NCBI GenBank assembly: GCA_963786955.1
Contig: CAWBAT010000005.1
Coordinates: 992,001-1,056,000 of the forward strand
Direction: 5' to 3'
Source of the DNA: an uncultured Acidimicrobiia bacterium
GTDB taxonomy: Bacteria; Acidobacteriota; Terriglobia; Versatilivoradales; Versatilivoraceae
DNA length: 64,000 bases
The notes below the pieces were generated by a model. The model ran no database searches. It had not been told where the DNA came from and saw only the letters and a program-made list of their open reading frames with translations. Shown in pieces: positions 1 to 10,770 of this stretch. Position numbers and translations under genes: made by a program. Within the stretch, counting starts at the first letter, position 1. Every line of letters starts with the position of its first letter.

Positions 1-1218
1 ATCCCAACGCTCAAAATCAGCTTTCCCGCCCCATTCCAGCAGCACCGTTTCCGTCATAAAAAGCTGCTTGGCCTGATCCCCAATCTTTTTAGAAGAAAGT
101 CCCCCGGAAAGCAGCACTTTAGCCACTCCAAACAGCGTGGCAGCGGCCGCTTCTTTCACGGTCTTACTCTCTGTGCTCTCTTCACAGGTAACGCCTGGAG
201 TACTTCTAGTTGGCGCAAACTGCAAATAGGGATTGTAGAGGTAATTTCCTTCAAGACCCTGGACCCGTACCTGCTGAGGGTAAGCAAAGAGAGGATCACG
301 GAACCAGTCGCCTTTCTTGATAAGACCATCATCGGCCTGATCCCAACCCCATGGGGGTTTTGCCGAGCAGCTTCCAATAGGACCGTTGAACGAACAACCG
401 ATGGAAGCATTTTGTCCGTTTGGCATAGCATAGGAATCGGTACAGCAGTAAAGAGAGGAATTGCCTACTTCATTTCGTTTTGCCCATAAAGTCTCTTCAA
501 TGCTGATCAATTCATAACTGACGTCGGGGTCTTTATTGCTCTGAGGCGACTCTGCCCCTCTCCCACGGAAGCGATAGATCATCCCGGGGTGCTGGAAGTT
601 GCTTTCAGTAACCTGTTCGGGTGCTGCTTTCACGCCATGCCCTTCCGGCTCGATATAGAGAGCGGGCTGAAAATGATGCGTTTCGTCTTCCTGCTTCAAA
701 AATACAATAGACCCATCAACAGGGGCATTGTTTGCATTGACTCGTCGATAGTGAGGATTTTCGTATATATAGAAATGGTCGTGGGCGAGGGTTTCCATCA
801 GCACGGGTTTTCCCCATCGTGTCCGATCTTTCTCTATCGTTAAAGTGCACCCTTCCATATCATTTTCATGCTCGGTCTTCGGTGCAAAACCTTCCAAGGG
901 GCGGGCTGTATAGTCCCTCACATGATAAAACGCATAGGTTATGAAAAAATGCTTCGTCGATTCAATGACGGCGTAATACACATAGCCTGGAAGATCATAA
1001 AGGTAAGCATTTCTCCAATTGTTGGCCCCGTTCCAGTCACCGTCGAAGTCAAACCGGGTGACTGAATCCAGAACCACAGAGTGCGCTTCCTGATAGATCA
1101 CGGGAGCATAGTGTTCAGCCAGTGCACGGTACTCTGCTTTTCCCATGGCGAGCAGTGAAGAATAGCTCGTCATGAGCATTAGAAAAAGAAGAGCTTTTGC
1201 GGGTATCCGGTTGATCAT
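1..1218 (-). CDS. Secreted hypothetical protein, truncated by the left window edge and absent from the ORF track
   Basis: Manual translation from ATG at 1218 is open to position 1: MINRIPAKALLFLMLMTSYSSLLA (signal-like)...HYAPVIYQE...DFDGDWNGANNW...YVYYAVIES...YAFYHVRDY...HENDMEG...AKPPWGWD. Confidence 0.8.
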   Translation of the reverse strand, partial: MINRIPAKALLFLMLMTSYSSLLAMGKAEYRALAEHYAPVIYQEAHSVVLDSVTRFDFDGDWNGANNWRNAYLYDLPGYVYYAVIESTKHFFITYAFYHVRDYTARPLEGFAPKTEHENDMEGCTLTIEKDRTRWGKPVLMETLAHDHFYIYENPHYRRVNANNAPVDGSIVFLKQEDETHHFQPALYIEPEGHGVKAAPEQVTESNFQHPGMIYRFRGRGAESPQSNKDPDVSYELISIEETLWAKRNEVGNSSLYCCTDSYAMPNGQNASIGCSFNGPIGSCSAKPPWGWDQADDGLIKKGDWFRDPLFAYPQQVRVQGLEGNYLYNPYLQFAPTRSTPGVTCEESTESKTVKEAAAATLFGVAKVLLSGGLSSKKIGDQAKQLFMTETVLLEWGGKADFERWD

Positions 1219-1247
1219 TTATTCTGTTTGTAGGCGGACTGGGGGGA

Positions 1248-4212
1248 TTATTTTTTTTCTTCGGTTTTCTTCTTTGGTTGGGCCTGATCCATGACACCCT
1301 TTAGCAAATCATCCCAAGGGGATGATTTCTTTTCCGGCGGTTTCTCTTCACCGCCGCTGGCCTCTTTGCCACTGGGAGTTCCTGAAGCTGCCGGAGGGGT
1401 CGCCGATTTCTTGGGTTTAAACAGGCTCTGGATGGAATCCATGGCTTCTTTGACGCTTCCGTCACGCAACATATTCTTCCACAAATCATTAGCGGCTTGC
1501 GGATCTAAGGTGAATTTTGGACTGGTAATGAGCCCCGTCATCCGGAGTGGCAAAACTATATTCCCTTGCGAATTCTTGAAAAGGACACCCGCAGCAACAT
1601 TGGCTAATTGGGTCGAATCCCCGCTCTTACGGCCGGGCTCACTCAAAAGTTCTGCCAGAATTCGGCAATCTGTTGTTTTGTCAAAACCAAAAAAGCCGTT
1701 GCCCTGCAGCCGCATCGTGGTCATCTTCACATGCATATTGGAGGTGAAGATGCGGCCTTCTCGAATAACAAAATCACTCGCCAGATCCTCAAACTCGGTG
1801 CCCGATTGGCCCAGATTCATTCCAGCCAGTTTACCCAAAGTCGCGACCTGTTCGCTCATGTTAAAGCTTGTGATCCGACCCTTTGCAATGCCCAACTTCC
1901 CTGATCCAACGAGACCGTGAGTGAGTTCATCATAATTTGAACCACTGAAATGGAGCTCAAAATCGGAGGACAGATTCCCATAAATCGTGTTCTTCAACGA
2001 AAAATTCTCCGCCAGAAATTCATTGGCATCGACGTTGCGCAGTTTGGCGCTGTAAGTGTAACCTGGCTGAGGCCGGTTAAAGTCAACGGTTAGGCTACCG
2101 GCGTGATCTCCGTGGTCCACTTGAAATTGTAGATTGGATAGATCCAGGATCTTATTTTGCATTCGGACGTTCGACGTCAGGTTTGTCAGAACGCGTGGTT
2201 CGGAATAGACCTTTTCAATCGCCAGACTGCTGTCTTTAATGGAGAGATCACTCAACGGATCTCGGGTCGAACCGCCGCCCCCTCCTGACGCATAGACAAC
2301 GGGAGTTGTTGCGCAAAACAGCAGATTCCAGGAAGCCGGCTTCAAAAGTGTCGAATGCTTGGGAGTTTTATCTCCATCGGAGGCGATGAGATCGGACCAT
2401 TTCGAAAGATTCAGTTGATTAAGCTTTAGCGCAAAAGAAAATACAGGCGAGTTGAATGGAGCCACTTTCACATTCCCGTTGAAATGAATGTCGCTAATGG
2501 TAGCCGAAAGGTCGCTAACGGTAGCCGAGTTTCCCGTAAATCTGAGGAGTGCATTGTGAATTTGAATAGGAACTTTAAGACTGGCAGCCTGCAATACAGT
2601 TCCACTGAAGACAGACTGCCCTTCCACTTGAAGTTCTGAGTTTGGCCGGAAGCGTTCTTTCAAATCCAGTTGAAGGTTTACGGTCCCGTCTTGCAGCTTT
2701 GTACCTTCGGGCAGCCTAAACCCAAAAGAATGGCCAATCGCCTGCAAATCGTTCACTGGCACGGGACGCTCGGTGCTGACTTTGGCATTTAGAAAGGAGA
2801 CAGAGCCAAACCCCGAAGTGAGTTGTAATTGCAAGCGAGTTCTCTCCCCCACACTGGCAAGAAAAGGGTTTGATTGCATTTCGTTGTTTTTGAATATCAA
2901 CGTAACGGGCGATAGGACAATTTTTTCGGACAAGCCCGGATAGCGGATGTTTAAATCCGTAAATTTGGCTTCTCCCTTAAGCGCCAGGTTTCCGGTGTTC
3001 CCTTTAATTTCTAAGTCTGCCTGGCCATATCCGCCGGCTTGCACGCCATTGGGGGGCCCTTGACCAAAAACCGATCCCAGCGCTAAAAGATCATCAAAGG
3101 AAGCCTTGGAGGATTTCAAGCTGAGATCAAGAAGGGTTTCTCCTTTTTGGTTCTGGATTGATCCAGAGAGAGAGATCGTAGAGTTCGGGGCTTGCAGTTG
3201 AAGATGATCCAGATTTAAAGAACCTGAACCAAACTGGTAGCTGAATTTGTGTTGGATTTCACCTTTGACGTGTGCCGATTCCAACGTCCCGAGCGTTGCA
3301 GCAATATCAGAATAGTGAGTCAATCCATCGAAGACAACGCCGCTGGATAGGCTGCCATAGATATGAGTGGAGGTACTCAGCGTTCCAACCCAATGCCGGG
3401 TTGTGGCAATTTCAAACGGGATGAGAAGCTCCGCAACTGGGACTTCGGACAACTCGAGTTTTGCATCCAAGGCCGCTTTGTCCATTGCTTGCAGGTTCAA
3501 AGGACCGAAAGTCCCCGAAAGCCGTAGTTTATTCTTTGGCATTGCCTCCGAGACCCAAGGAGAGATCAAAACGGCTCGCTGTCGTCGGTGAAATATCGGA
3601 TAGCTCCAGGTTGATGTGCTCCCAACGGCTGACTTGACGGCCTCCTTCAGGCAGACTCTTGACGATTGAAAGCGTCCCCTCACGCAGCGCCAGGGATGAA
3701 ATCGCAACGGGAAGAGACTCTGCGTTCTGCGTAGTGGTCGACTGGCTTGCGCTCCCTGATTCTTTCGGCCTTGGCATCGTTGGTGAACTCACCGGGGGAT
3801 GACTTCCTTGACCAGGAGCCTTCATCAGGGAAGAATAATTCCATAGTCCCTCGCGGTTTTGGATCAATTCAACGACCGGGTGGGTGATCTTGAGATCACT
3901 GATTTCTATCTTGCCGCTTAAAAGGGGGAGTATTCCAGCTCTGACGACCAAAGATTCCACCATCATAAACGGATTTTTGCTGAACCCTGGATCGTCTGCA
4001 ATGGTAACCTCTCGCAACTCAATCCCTGGACCCGTAAAGATGCGGACGCCTGCCTCTCTGGCTGTAATCTTGCGCTGAAGCCTGGACTCAAGCTGTGCAA
4101 TAATGAGGTTTTTCAGCCCATTCGAATCGACAAAGAGTGGGACAGCCGACAGGCCGATCAGAACCACTGCCAGGAACGAAACACCGACAATCAATAGCTT
4201 CTTTCGTTTCAC
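1248..4212 (-). CDS. AsmA family protein, split by one frameshift near 3540
   Basis: ORF 3529..4212 has an N-terminal anchor and the AsmA N-domain (LESRLQRKI...GLWNYSSL). ORF 1248..3707 has a beta-rich repeat body and AsmA-like C-terminus (LPLRMTGLITSPKF). Confidence 0.8.
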
Positions 4213-4450
4213 AGATTCAGCCTCAGGAGTTTTGGATCATAGAAGAGTTGCAAAATCGAAATCTGCAGAATTCGATGCCGTGCTGTAAAAACTGCCATGA
4301 ATTCATTCTAGCATTGAGTCCGGAGCGATCAAATCCTGCCTTTGGATCACTCGTGAGAAGGAGTATCTGGAAGTTTACCTTGAATCACTTCCATTCTCCA
4401 GAACCACGAACGAGTCTTCGGCGGCGTGAACGTAAAACCTGCTAGTATAA

Positions 4451-6961
4451 ATGTCCATCCAGTTCGATTATCAAAACCGTACCCTGACCCTAGCGGTTCG
4501 TGACTTGTGCGGGCCAGAATGGTCCGGCGGGAGCCTCAATTTGTTGCCTCTGAGTGGCGTTCGAAACGAGCTCGGGCAGGCCCTCCATGAGGCGCACCAA
4601 ACCCGACAAGCAAAGTTGCATCCTGGGTACCAGAAAGAGCAAACCATCCGGTTTCAGATGATGCATAAAGGCTATTCGGTGCTCATCCAGGGAAGAGTCG
4701 ATGGTGTTTATGAGAGCAATCGCCAAACCATCATCGAGGAGATCAAATCCGTTCTCCGTTTGCAAGAGGAATTTCGACGCGAAGATCTTCCCGAAGGTTA
4801 CTACTTGCAACTAAAAATTTATCTTTATCTTTGGTCTCAACTTCATGAACTCAGGGACGTGGTCGGGAATCTGGTTGTCATCAGCTGTGAGGACCAGAAA
4901 TGGACCTCGGTAGAGGTTGTAACCGATCTAGAGACTATTCACGACTTTATTCAAGACCAGCTCGAACGGATTATCCTGGTCCATGAAGAAAGTTCCCTGC
5001 GGAAAGTAGAACAGGCAACACAGGCAGGCACAATCCGCTTCCCTTTCTCGCAGATGCGCCGGCACCAGGACACTATGATCGAGGCCGTCGATTCTGCCCT
5101 GCAGGACCGTCAACATCTCCTCGTATCTGCGCCCACTGGCATCGGAAAGACCGTGGCAGCGCTTTATGGCAGCTTGCAGTTTGCAGTCAGAAATGGGCTC
5201 TCCATTTTCTTCCTCACGTCAAAGACTACTCAGCAGAGAATTGTGGTAGACACCTTGAGGCTTCTGACCAGTAAGTCCATTTCATCAGGCCCGACCGGCC
5301 GCGAATCCCCCGCACCGTTCAATAGTCTCATCTTGCGATCAAAAGAAAAGAGCTGCGCCAATGATGTCGTATGCTGTCACGAAGCACGCTGCCCCTATGC
5401 GAAGAATTTCTTCGGGAAGATGGAGCGCTCCGCTCTGCGTTCTTCTTTTACGAACGTGCCGGTTATCACGCCGGAACTCGTCTACTCGCGGGCCGTTGAG
5501 GTGGAAGTCTGCCCGTTTGAGCTGTCCCTGGAGCTCGTTCCGCAGGTCCAAGTGACCGTGTGCGACTATAACTACGTCTATGACCCCCGCGTCTCAATCG
5601 AAGGACTTTCAGGTCTGGATGCAAGTCGGATCATCTTGATTGTTGACGAAGCTCATAACCTTTACTCCAGAGCACGCGAATATTACTCCCCTGAGTTAGA
5701 CCTTCAAAGGGTTCAGATTCTGAAACAGCATGCCCTGTCCTCTATGGTTGAATTCGAACTCCCTTTGCAGCAGAGCTTAGCTGAAAATGGACAGGCGCCA
5801 GCCCAATCCAAGCCACTTTCCAATGACTTTCTGAAAGTACTCGCCGAATTTCTCTCTGGAATAGAGGAATACGTCGAGGAACTGGGCGAGCTGTTTCCCG
5901 AAATCCAAGAAAACCCGCAGGCTGTGATTTCATTTGATCGAGAGTTTTTTAGAGAACAAAAAAACACTCTGGATGAATTAATGCAACGCTACTTGATGGA
6001 ACAGCGACGCTGGGGAAGATGGCAGGATGAGGATCAAATCCTTGATTTCTTTTACTCTTTCTCGCGATTTTGCGGCGTATTGGAACTGACTGGCGATGAA
6101 TTTGTCCATGTGCTCGATGTCTCCGCAAAAACACCTCGACTCAAAATCATTTGCCTGGATCCCTCTGGCCAGCTCAAGAAAATAAACAAAAAGTACTTTT
6201 CGGTGCTGGCAATGTCTGCAACCCTGACTCCACTGGAGTTTTATTCCGATGTCTTGGGTCTGGATCAAAATTCCCGGCGCCTTTCTCTGCCTTCTCCGTT
6301 CCCGCCAGAGAATCGTAAGATCCTGGTTATTCCTGACGTCTCTACAACCTATCGACAGCGTGACAAGCATCTGGCCCGAATCGCGCGAATCATCGAGGAA
6401 GTCGTTGCAGTCCACCGCGGCAATTACTTTGCCTTTTTCCCAAGCTTCGATTTCATGGCCCTAGTGGCTCAACACCTCAACCCCTCTGACTACAAGCTTC
6501 TCATTCAGAGCCGGGTGATGGCGGATCACAGTAGAAATGCCCTTTTGGAAAAACTCTCGGCTCAGGGGGAAGCGCATTTAGTCCTCGCTGTGCAGGGAGG
6601 AATTTTTGCCGAAGGCGTCGATTTTCCGGGAGATTTGGCGATCGGCGCTATTGTTGTGGGTCCGGGACTGCCAAAGGTTTCGTTCGAAACAGAGCTGATT
6701 CGCCGCTATTACGAAGAGAATTGTTCCATGGGTTTCGAATACGCGTTTTTGTATCCCGGCATGAATCGTGTGGTACAGTCGGCGGGACGCATCATCCGGA
6801 CAGAGACCGATCGAGGTATTCTCGTGCTCTTGGATCGGCGCTTCGGCTATGAAAACTACATGTCCCTGTTTCCTCGGGACTGGTACGATTCGTCTCCCCA
6901 GGAACTCGTCAGCAATAATTACGTCGACGCGCTGAGGAAATTTTGGAATTCGAAAGAATAA
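4451..6961 (+). CDS. Rad3/XPD/DinG-family Fe-S helicase with N-terminal PD-(D/E)XK nuclease domain
   Basis: Walker A APTGIGKT, DEAH box, Fe-S cysteines (C-ANDVVCC-HEARC-PY...CPFE), motif V EGVDFPG, motif VI QSAGRIIR. N-terminus has GRVDG...IEEIKS. Confidence 0.9.
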   Translation: MSIQFDYQNRTLTLAVRDLCGPEWSGGSLNLLPLSGVRNELGQALHEAHQTRQAKLHPGYQKEQTIRFQMMHKGYSVLIQGRVDGVYESNRQTIIEEIKSVLRLQEEFRREDLPEGYYLQLKIYLYLWSQLHELRDVVGNLVVISCEDQKWTSVEVVTDLETIHDFIQDQLERIILVHEESSLRKVEQATQAGTIRFPFSQMRRHQDTMIEAVDSALQDRQHLLVSAPTGIGKTVAALYGSLQFAVRNGLSIFFLTSKTTQQRIVVDTLRLLTSKSISSGPTGRESPAPFNSLILRSKEKSCANDVVCCHEARCPYAKNFFGKMERSALRSSFTNVPVITPELVYSRAVEVEVCPFELSLELVPQVQVTVCDYNYVYDPRVSIEGLSGLDASRIILIVDEAHNLYSRAREYYSPELDLQRVQILKQHALSSMVEFELPLQQSLAENGQAPAQSKPLSNDFLKVLAEFLSGIEEYVEELGELFPEIQENPQAVISFDREFFREQKNTLDELMQRYLMEQRRWGRWQDEDQILDFFYSFSRFCGVLELTGDEFVHVLDVSAKTPRLKIICLDPSGQLKKINKKYFSVLAMSATLTPLEFYSDVLGLDQNSRRLSLPSPFPPENRKILVIPDVSTTYRQRDKHLARIARIIEEVVAVHRGNYFAFFPSFDFMALVAQHLNPSDYKLLIQSRVMADHSRNALLEKLSAQGEAHLVLAVQGGIFAEGVDFPGDLAIGAIVVGPGLPKVSFETELIRRYYEENCSMGFEYAFLYPGMNRVVQSAGRIIRTETDRGILVLLDRRFGYENYMSLFPRDWYDSSPQELVSNNYVDALRKFWNSKE

Positions 6962-7022
6962 GTCATTTCACTTCAAGCAGTTCTTGCGCCACGGAGCATT
7001 CGGACGGAAATGGTTGTCTTTG

Positions 7023-7050
7023 CGGCGGCCCGGAGGATCCGGGCTCTGCA
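7023..7050 (-). repeat. REP-like palindrome
   Basis: Minus strand reads GCAG-A-GCCCGGA-TCC-TCCGGGC, a GTAG-like tetranucleotide followed by a 7-bp GC-rich stem, in an intergenic position. Confidence 0.4.
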
Positions 7051-7154
7051 GTATCTTCAACATCACGGTTCAACAAGGCCCCGTAGTTCCTAAAAGCGAT
7101 GGCCGTCCAGACACCCATTACACCTGATGCCGCCGGGTCCCTGAACATCCGCGT

Positions 7155-7183
7155 TTGACAAGCGTTTCGGTTTACGTTTTAAT
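7155..7183 (+). promoter_or_regulatory. Putative sigma70 promoter of cysE
   Basis: TTGACA-N17-TTTAAT, followed by a GGAGG Shine-Dalgarno before ATG 7217. Confidence 0.6.
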
Positions 7184-7216
7184 CAATGCAACCCTTGAAT
7201 TTCAGGGAGGGAACCT

Positions 7217-8149
7217 ATGGACAATTCCAACCCAAAACATCAGTTGCCCTTAATCACGGACAGGATCGTGGCGACGTACGGTCCCATTGACGTGCCGTTG
7301 CAGCACCTCGAAACGAATCTTTTACCCTCACGGGAAAACATGGTCCAGCTGGTTGAAATTCTCCAACAGATCATTTTCCCGGGCTACTTCGGGAAAAAGG
7401 GGTTGGATTACCACAGCATCAAGTACCACGTAGGGGACTGTCTCGAGTCTGTTTACGAATTGCTGGTGAGCGAAATCTATCGCGGGATTCGCCATGGATG
7501 CAAGCTCAATGAGAACGAGTGCTCCCATTGTGAAGAGATTGCTGCGTCCCAAGCGATTAGTTTTCTGGCAAAAATTCCCGACCTCCGTCATGCCTTGGCG
7601 AACGACGTAAAAGCAGCCTACGATGGAGATCCGGCCTCAAAAGGCTACGACGAGGTGATCTTCAGTTATCCTTGTATCTTCGCCATCATGGTTTATCGCA
7701 TGGCCCATGAGCTGCACAAGCAAGGAATTCCTCTTTTGCCGCGCATGATCACGGAGTTTGCCCACTCCAAGACCGGAATCGATATCCATCCGGGCGCTCA
7801 GATTGGACAATTCTTTTTTATCGATCACGGAACCGGGGTCGTTATTGGAGAGACCACTATAATTGGCCAAAATGTCAAACTCTACCAGGGTGTCACGCTG
7901 GGTGCGTTAAGTTTCCCAAAAGATGACACAGGAAGGTTGATCCGTGGCCTCAAACGGCACCCCACTATTGAAGATGATGTCGTAATTTACGCCGGAGCCA
8001 CCATTCTGGGCGGAGACACGGTCATCGGAAGAGGTTCGGTCATCGGCGGAAACGTCTGGTTGACTCGGTCTGTTCCACCTCGCACGAAGGTTCTCATTTC
8101 GGATCCACAGCTGATCATGGACCCTCTGCCTAAGCCGGTGATAGCTTAA
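7217..8149 (+). CDS. cysE: Serine O-acetyltransferase
   Basis: AAYDGDPA, GIDIHPGA, FIDHGTGVVIGET, KLYQGVTLGA, KRHPT hexapeptide motifs. Confidence 0.95.
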   Translation: MDNSNPKHQLPLITDRIVATYGPIDVPLQHLETNLLPSRENMVQLVEILQQIIFPGYFGKKGLDYHSIKYHVGDCLESVYELLVSEIYRGIRHGCKLNENECSHCEEIAASQAISFLAKIPDLRHALANDVKAAYDGDPASKGYDEVIFSYPCIFAIMVYRMAHELHKQGIPLLPRMITEFAHSKTGIDIHPGAQIGQFFFIDHGTGVVIGETTIIGQNVKLYQGVTLGALSFPKDDTGRLIRGLKRHPTIEDDVVIYAGATILGGDTVIGRGSVIGGNVWLTRSVPPRTKVLISDPQLIMDPLPKPVIA

Positions 8150-9375
8150 CGAGAGTGTGATTGCAGGTACGACAGCATAAGATGACTGAGTGCACTGACT
8201 CCGATCGATAGGCAATTCTCGTCCACGTCAAATTCGGGAGTGTGAAGCATCCGGGTAATTCCCTTCGCTTCATTACGCACTCCCAGCCAGAAGTAGAATC
8301 CTGGAATTTTTTCCGCAAAACACGCAAAGTCTTCCGCCCCCATCTGTGGCCGTTGCATGATCACATTTTCTTTTCCGAACGCAGATTCGAGCGTTGGGAT
8401 GGCATGAGCAACCAACCTTGGGTGATTCATCGTGACCGGGGCACCCGCAGTCCAGGTGAGGGTATAAGATGCCCCAAATGATTGCGTCACACCCCTCAAT
8501 ACCTCTTCGATCCGTTTCGGGGCCGCCTCGCGAACTTCCGGACTCAGGCTACGCACAATTCCCTGCAGGCGGACTCGATCGGCGAGCACGTTGAACTGAT
8601 TTCCGCCCTCGAAGATTCCAAAAGAAATGAGCAGGGGGTCGCGGACGTCGACCAGGCGGGTAACCATCGTTTGTAATCCCAGCACCACCTGCGCGGCAAC
8701 GGTGATGGCGTCCACCCCGGTATGCGGGTAAGCAGCGTGTGTCTTCCGCCCGTGGATCAGAATTTCGATCGTATCATTGCTCGCCCAAACGGCTCCCGTA
8801 TGGACTCCAATTTCCCCGACCTCGATGGTCGGCATGACGTGAATGCCAAATATTGCCTCCACGGTCGGGTCTTCCAAAACTCCTTCTTTTACCATCAGGG
8901 CCGCGCCTCCCGTTTCCCCCTCCGGTGGCCCTTCCTCGGCCGGTTGAAAGATGAACTTAACCTTGCCCGGGATTACATCTCGAAAATTCATCAGTGTTTC
9001 TGCTACTCCAAGACCCATCGTTGTGTGCACGTCATGGCCACAGGCGTGTTTGACTCCTTCTACCTCAGATTTGTAGGGCACATCCAAAGTTTCTTGAATT
9101 GGCAATGCGTCCATATCAACACGCACTGCTACCGTAGGCCCCTCTTGCTCACCTGCAAGCACCGCTACGACCCCGGTATGGGCTACGAGTGTTTGGACCT
9201 GGAGTCCTAGACTATTGAGGTATTCGGCCACCAATTTGGAGGTGCGAAACTCCCGGTTGCTCAGCTCAGGCTGCCGGTGGAGGACTCTTCGGATCCCGAC
9301 TAGTTTTGGCTGGAGAGACTGCGCCCGGGATTGTACGCGAGTATAAAACCCGCGGTCTAAAATTTCTTCAGCCAT
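8146..9375 (-). CDS. M20D family amidohydrolase
   Basis: LHRQPELS, RVDMDALPI, HACGHD, FQPAEEG, GAEDF, LHTPEFDVDE. Start taken at ATG 9375. Confidence 0.9.
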   Translation of the reverse strand: MAEEILDRGFYTRVQSRAQSLQPKLVGIRRVLHRQPELSNREFRTSKLVAEYLNSLGLQVQTLVAHTGVVAVLAGEQEGPTVAVRVDMDALPIQETLDVPYKSEVEGVKHACGHDVHTTMGLGVAETLMNFRDVIPGKVKFIFQPAEEGPPEGETGGAALMVKEGVLEDPTVEAIFGIHVMPTIEVGEIGVHTGAVWASNDTIEILIHGRKTHAAYPHTGVDAITVAAQVVLGLQTMVTRLVDVRDPLLISFGIFEGGNQFNVLADRVRLQGIVRSLSPEVREAAPKRIEEVLRGVTQSFGASYTLTWTAGAPVTMNHPRLVAHAIPTLESAFGKENVIMQRPQMGAEDFACFAEKIPGFYFWLGVRNEAKGITRMLHTPEFDVDENCLSIGVSALSHLMLSYLQSHSR

Positions 9376-9408
9376 TGTTGTTTTCCAGTAATTCTTCGCC
9401 CCCAAGTT

Positions 9409-9441
9409 GTCCCCCCTTGCACAAGGGGGACTTGAGGGGGG
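9409..9441. repeat. Short C/G-run palindrome
   Basis: GTCCCCCCTTG-CA-CAAGGGGGAC followed by TTGAGGGGGG, intergenic. A similar CCCCTTGAAGGGG occurs at 38103-38115. Confidence 0.45.
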
Positions 9442-9506
9442 TCGTGCGGAATTTGAACATTATTTATTGCGTTTGTATTAACTAATTGATGGAGCCAACG
9501 CCGAAT

Positions 9507-10343
9507 TCACCGCAGCAAATCTTCAAGAGCAGTGGCCGCATCGGTCGATTGATCCCGGTACTTGATGATCATCGGGCATGCCAGGTGGATCCCATGTTGA
9601 CGGGCAAATTCGCCACTAATCGCTCTTGTCCCTGGAACGACAACCGCATTTTCCGGAATGACCAACGGTTTGTCTTTGGTCTTTCTATAAACTTCTTTCT
9701 TGACCAAATCGAAAATCGGGACCGAGCCGGTGATGATAGTTCCGGCGCCGATGACAGCACCCGCTTGAACCAGCGTCCCGTCGTAAATCCCGCAGTTGCC
9801 GCCAACCAAGACGTCATCTTCAATAATGACAGGCATCGCGCCGACCGGTTCCAGGACACCGCCAATCTGACAACCCGCACTGAGATGCACTCTCTTGCCA
9901 ATCTGGGCACAGGAACCTACCAAGGCATGGGAATCCACCATCGTCCCATCGTCTACATAAGCACCCACATTGACATACATGGGAGGCATCAAAGTGACAC
10001 CGTTGCCCAGATAGGCTCCCCTCCGGACAGAAGAGCCTCCAGGCACCAGCCTGACACTTTGAGCTGACGTTCTCAAATCTTTCAATGGATAGGTGTGCTT
10101 ATCTCGAAACTGAAAATGCTGATCGATTGAACAGTCGACGATATTCCCCAGCTTGAAGCCAAGTAGAATCCCCTGTTTGACCCAAGGGTTGACTTCCCAT
10201 TTTCCGTTCTTCTTTTCAGCCGCCCGAATTTTTCCCCCATCCAGCTTCTCAATGAAACAGTCAAAAAGAAGTGCGGACTCCTCAGTGAGTTCCTCACGCT
10301 TCTTTGCAAAGTGAATAAGGATAAGCTTTTCCAAGTCGTTCAT
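9507..10343 (-). CDS. dapD: Tetrahydrodipicolinate N-succinyltransferase
   Basis: [55 protein letters not shown]. Confidence 0.95.
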   Translation of the reverse strand: MNDLEKLILIHFAKKREELTEESALLFDCFIEKLDGGKIRAAEKKNGKWEVNPWVKQGILLGFKLGNIVDCSIDQHFQFRDKHTYPLKDLRTSAQSVRLVPGGSSVRRGAYLGNGVTLMPPMYVNVGAYVDDGTMVDSHALVGSCAQIGKRVHLSAGCQIGGVLEPVGAMPVIIEDDVLVGGNCGIYDGTLVQAGAVIGAGTIITGSVPIFDLVKKEVYRKTKDKPLVIPENAVVVPGTRAISGEFARQHGIHLACPMIIKYRDQSTDAATALEDLLR

Positions 10344-10441
10344 GCTTTTCTTTTGTGGTGGGGTCTGGACAAGAGCTATTCCTTTCGGCTGACTCAATCA
10401 TGTTAACACGAGTTAGAGAAACGAACCGTCGGGGATCGAAA

Positions 10442-10565
10442 ATTAACCTGAACTCCAAAGTTGGTTTTGCTTTGCCTGGTGGAGCGGGCGCTCCGTCGCA
10501 CGCTTAACGAACGCGCGGCGGAGCGCGCGTTTCACCGATCACCAACTTCGGAATTTGAGATTAAT
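10442..10565. mobile_element. MITE/REPIN-like element: outer inverted repeats enclosing an inverted REP doublet
   Basis: Outer IR ATTAACCTGAACTCCAAAGTTGGT / ACCAACTTCGGAATTTGAGATTAAT. Inner arms 10478-10503 and 10511-10536 are reverse complements at 20/26. Each arm is GTGG/GTGA plus an 8-bp stem. TTAA lies at both ends. Confidence 0.7.
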
Positions 10566-10770
10566 AGGTGTTCCACGCGATCGGTTTCTCGAAATGAATA
10601 TCGGGGAATACTCTAACCGGATGGACTCGGACACTTTGGCAAAATTGGTACTGGGGAAGTGAGTAGCATTGGAAATGAGAATCCCATGTGCCTACGAGGG
10701 CATGCCGGCACTCAGAAACTCAAGTATTATCGCGTCGAACGCCACATTCCTTTGGTGTCGCCCTTCAGTC

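Noticed and set aside
4451-5000. Cas4-like domain as a sign of a CRISPR-Cas (type IV DinG) locus
   Set aside because: No repeat-spacer array or other cas genes in the window, and the Cas4 cysteine cluster is missing.
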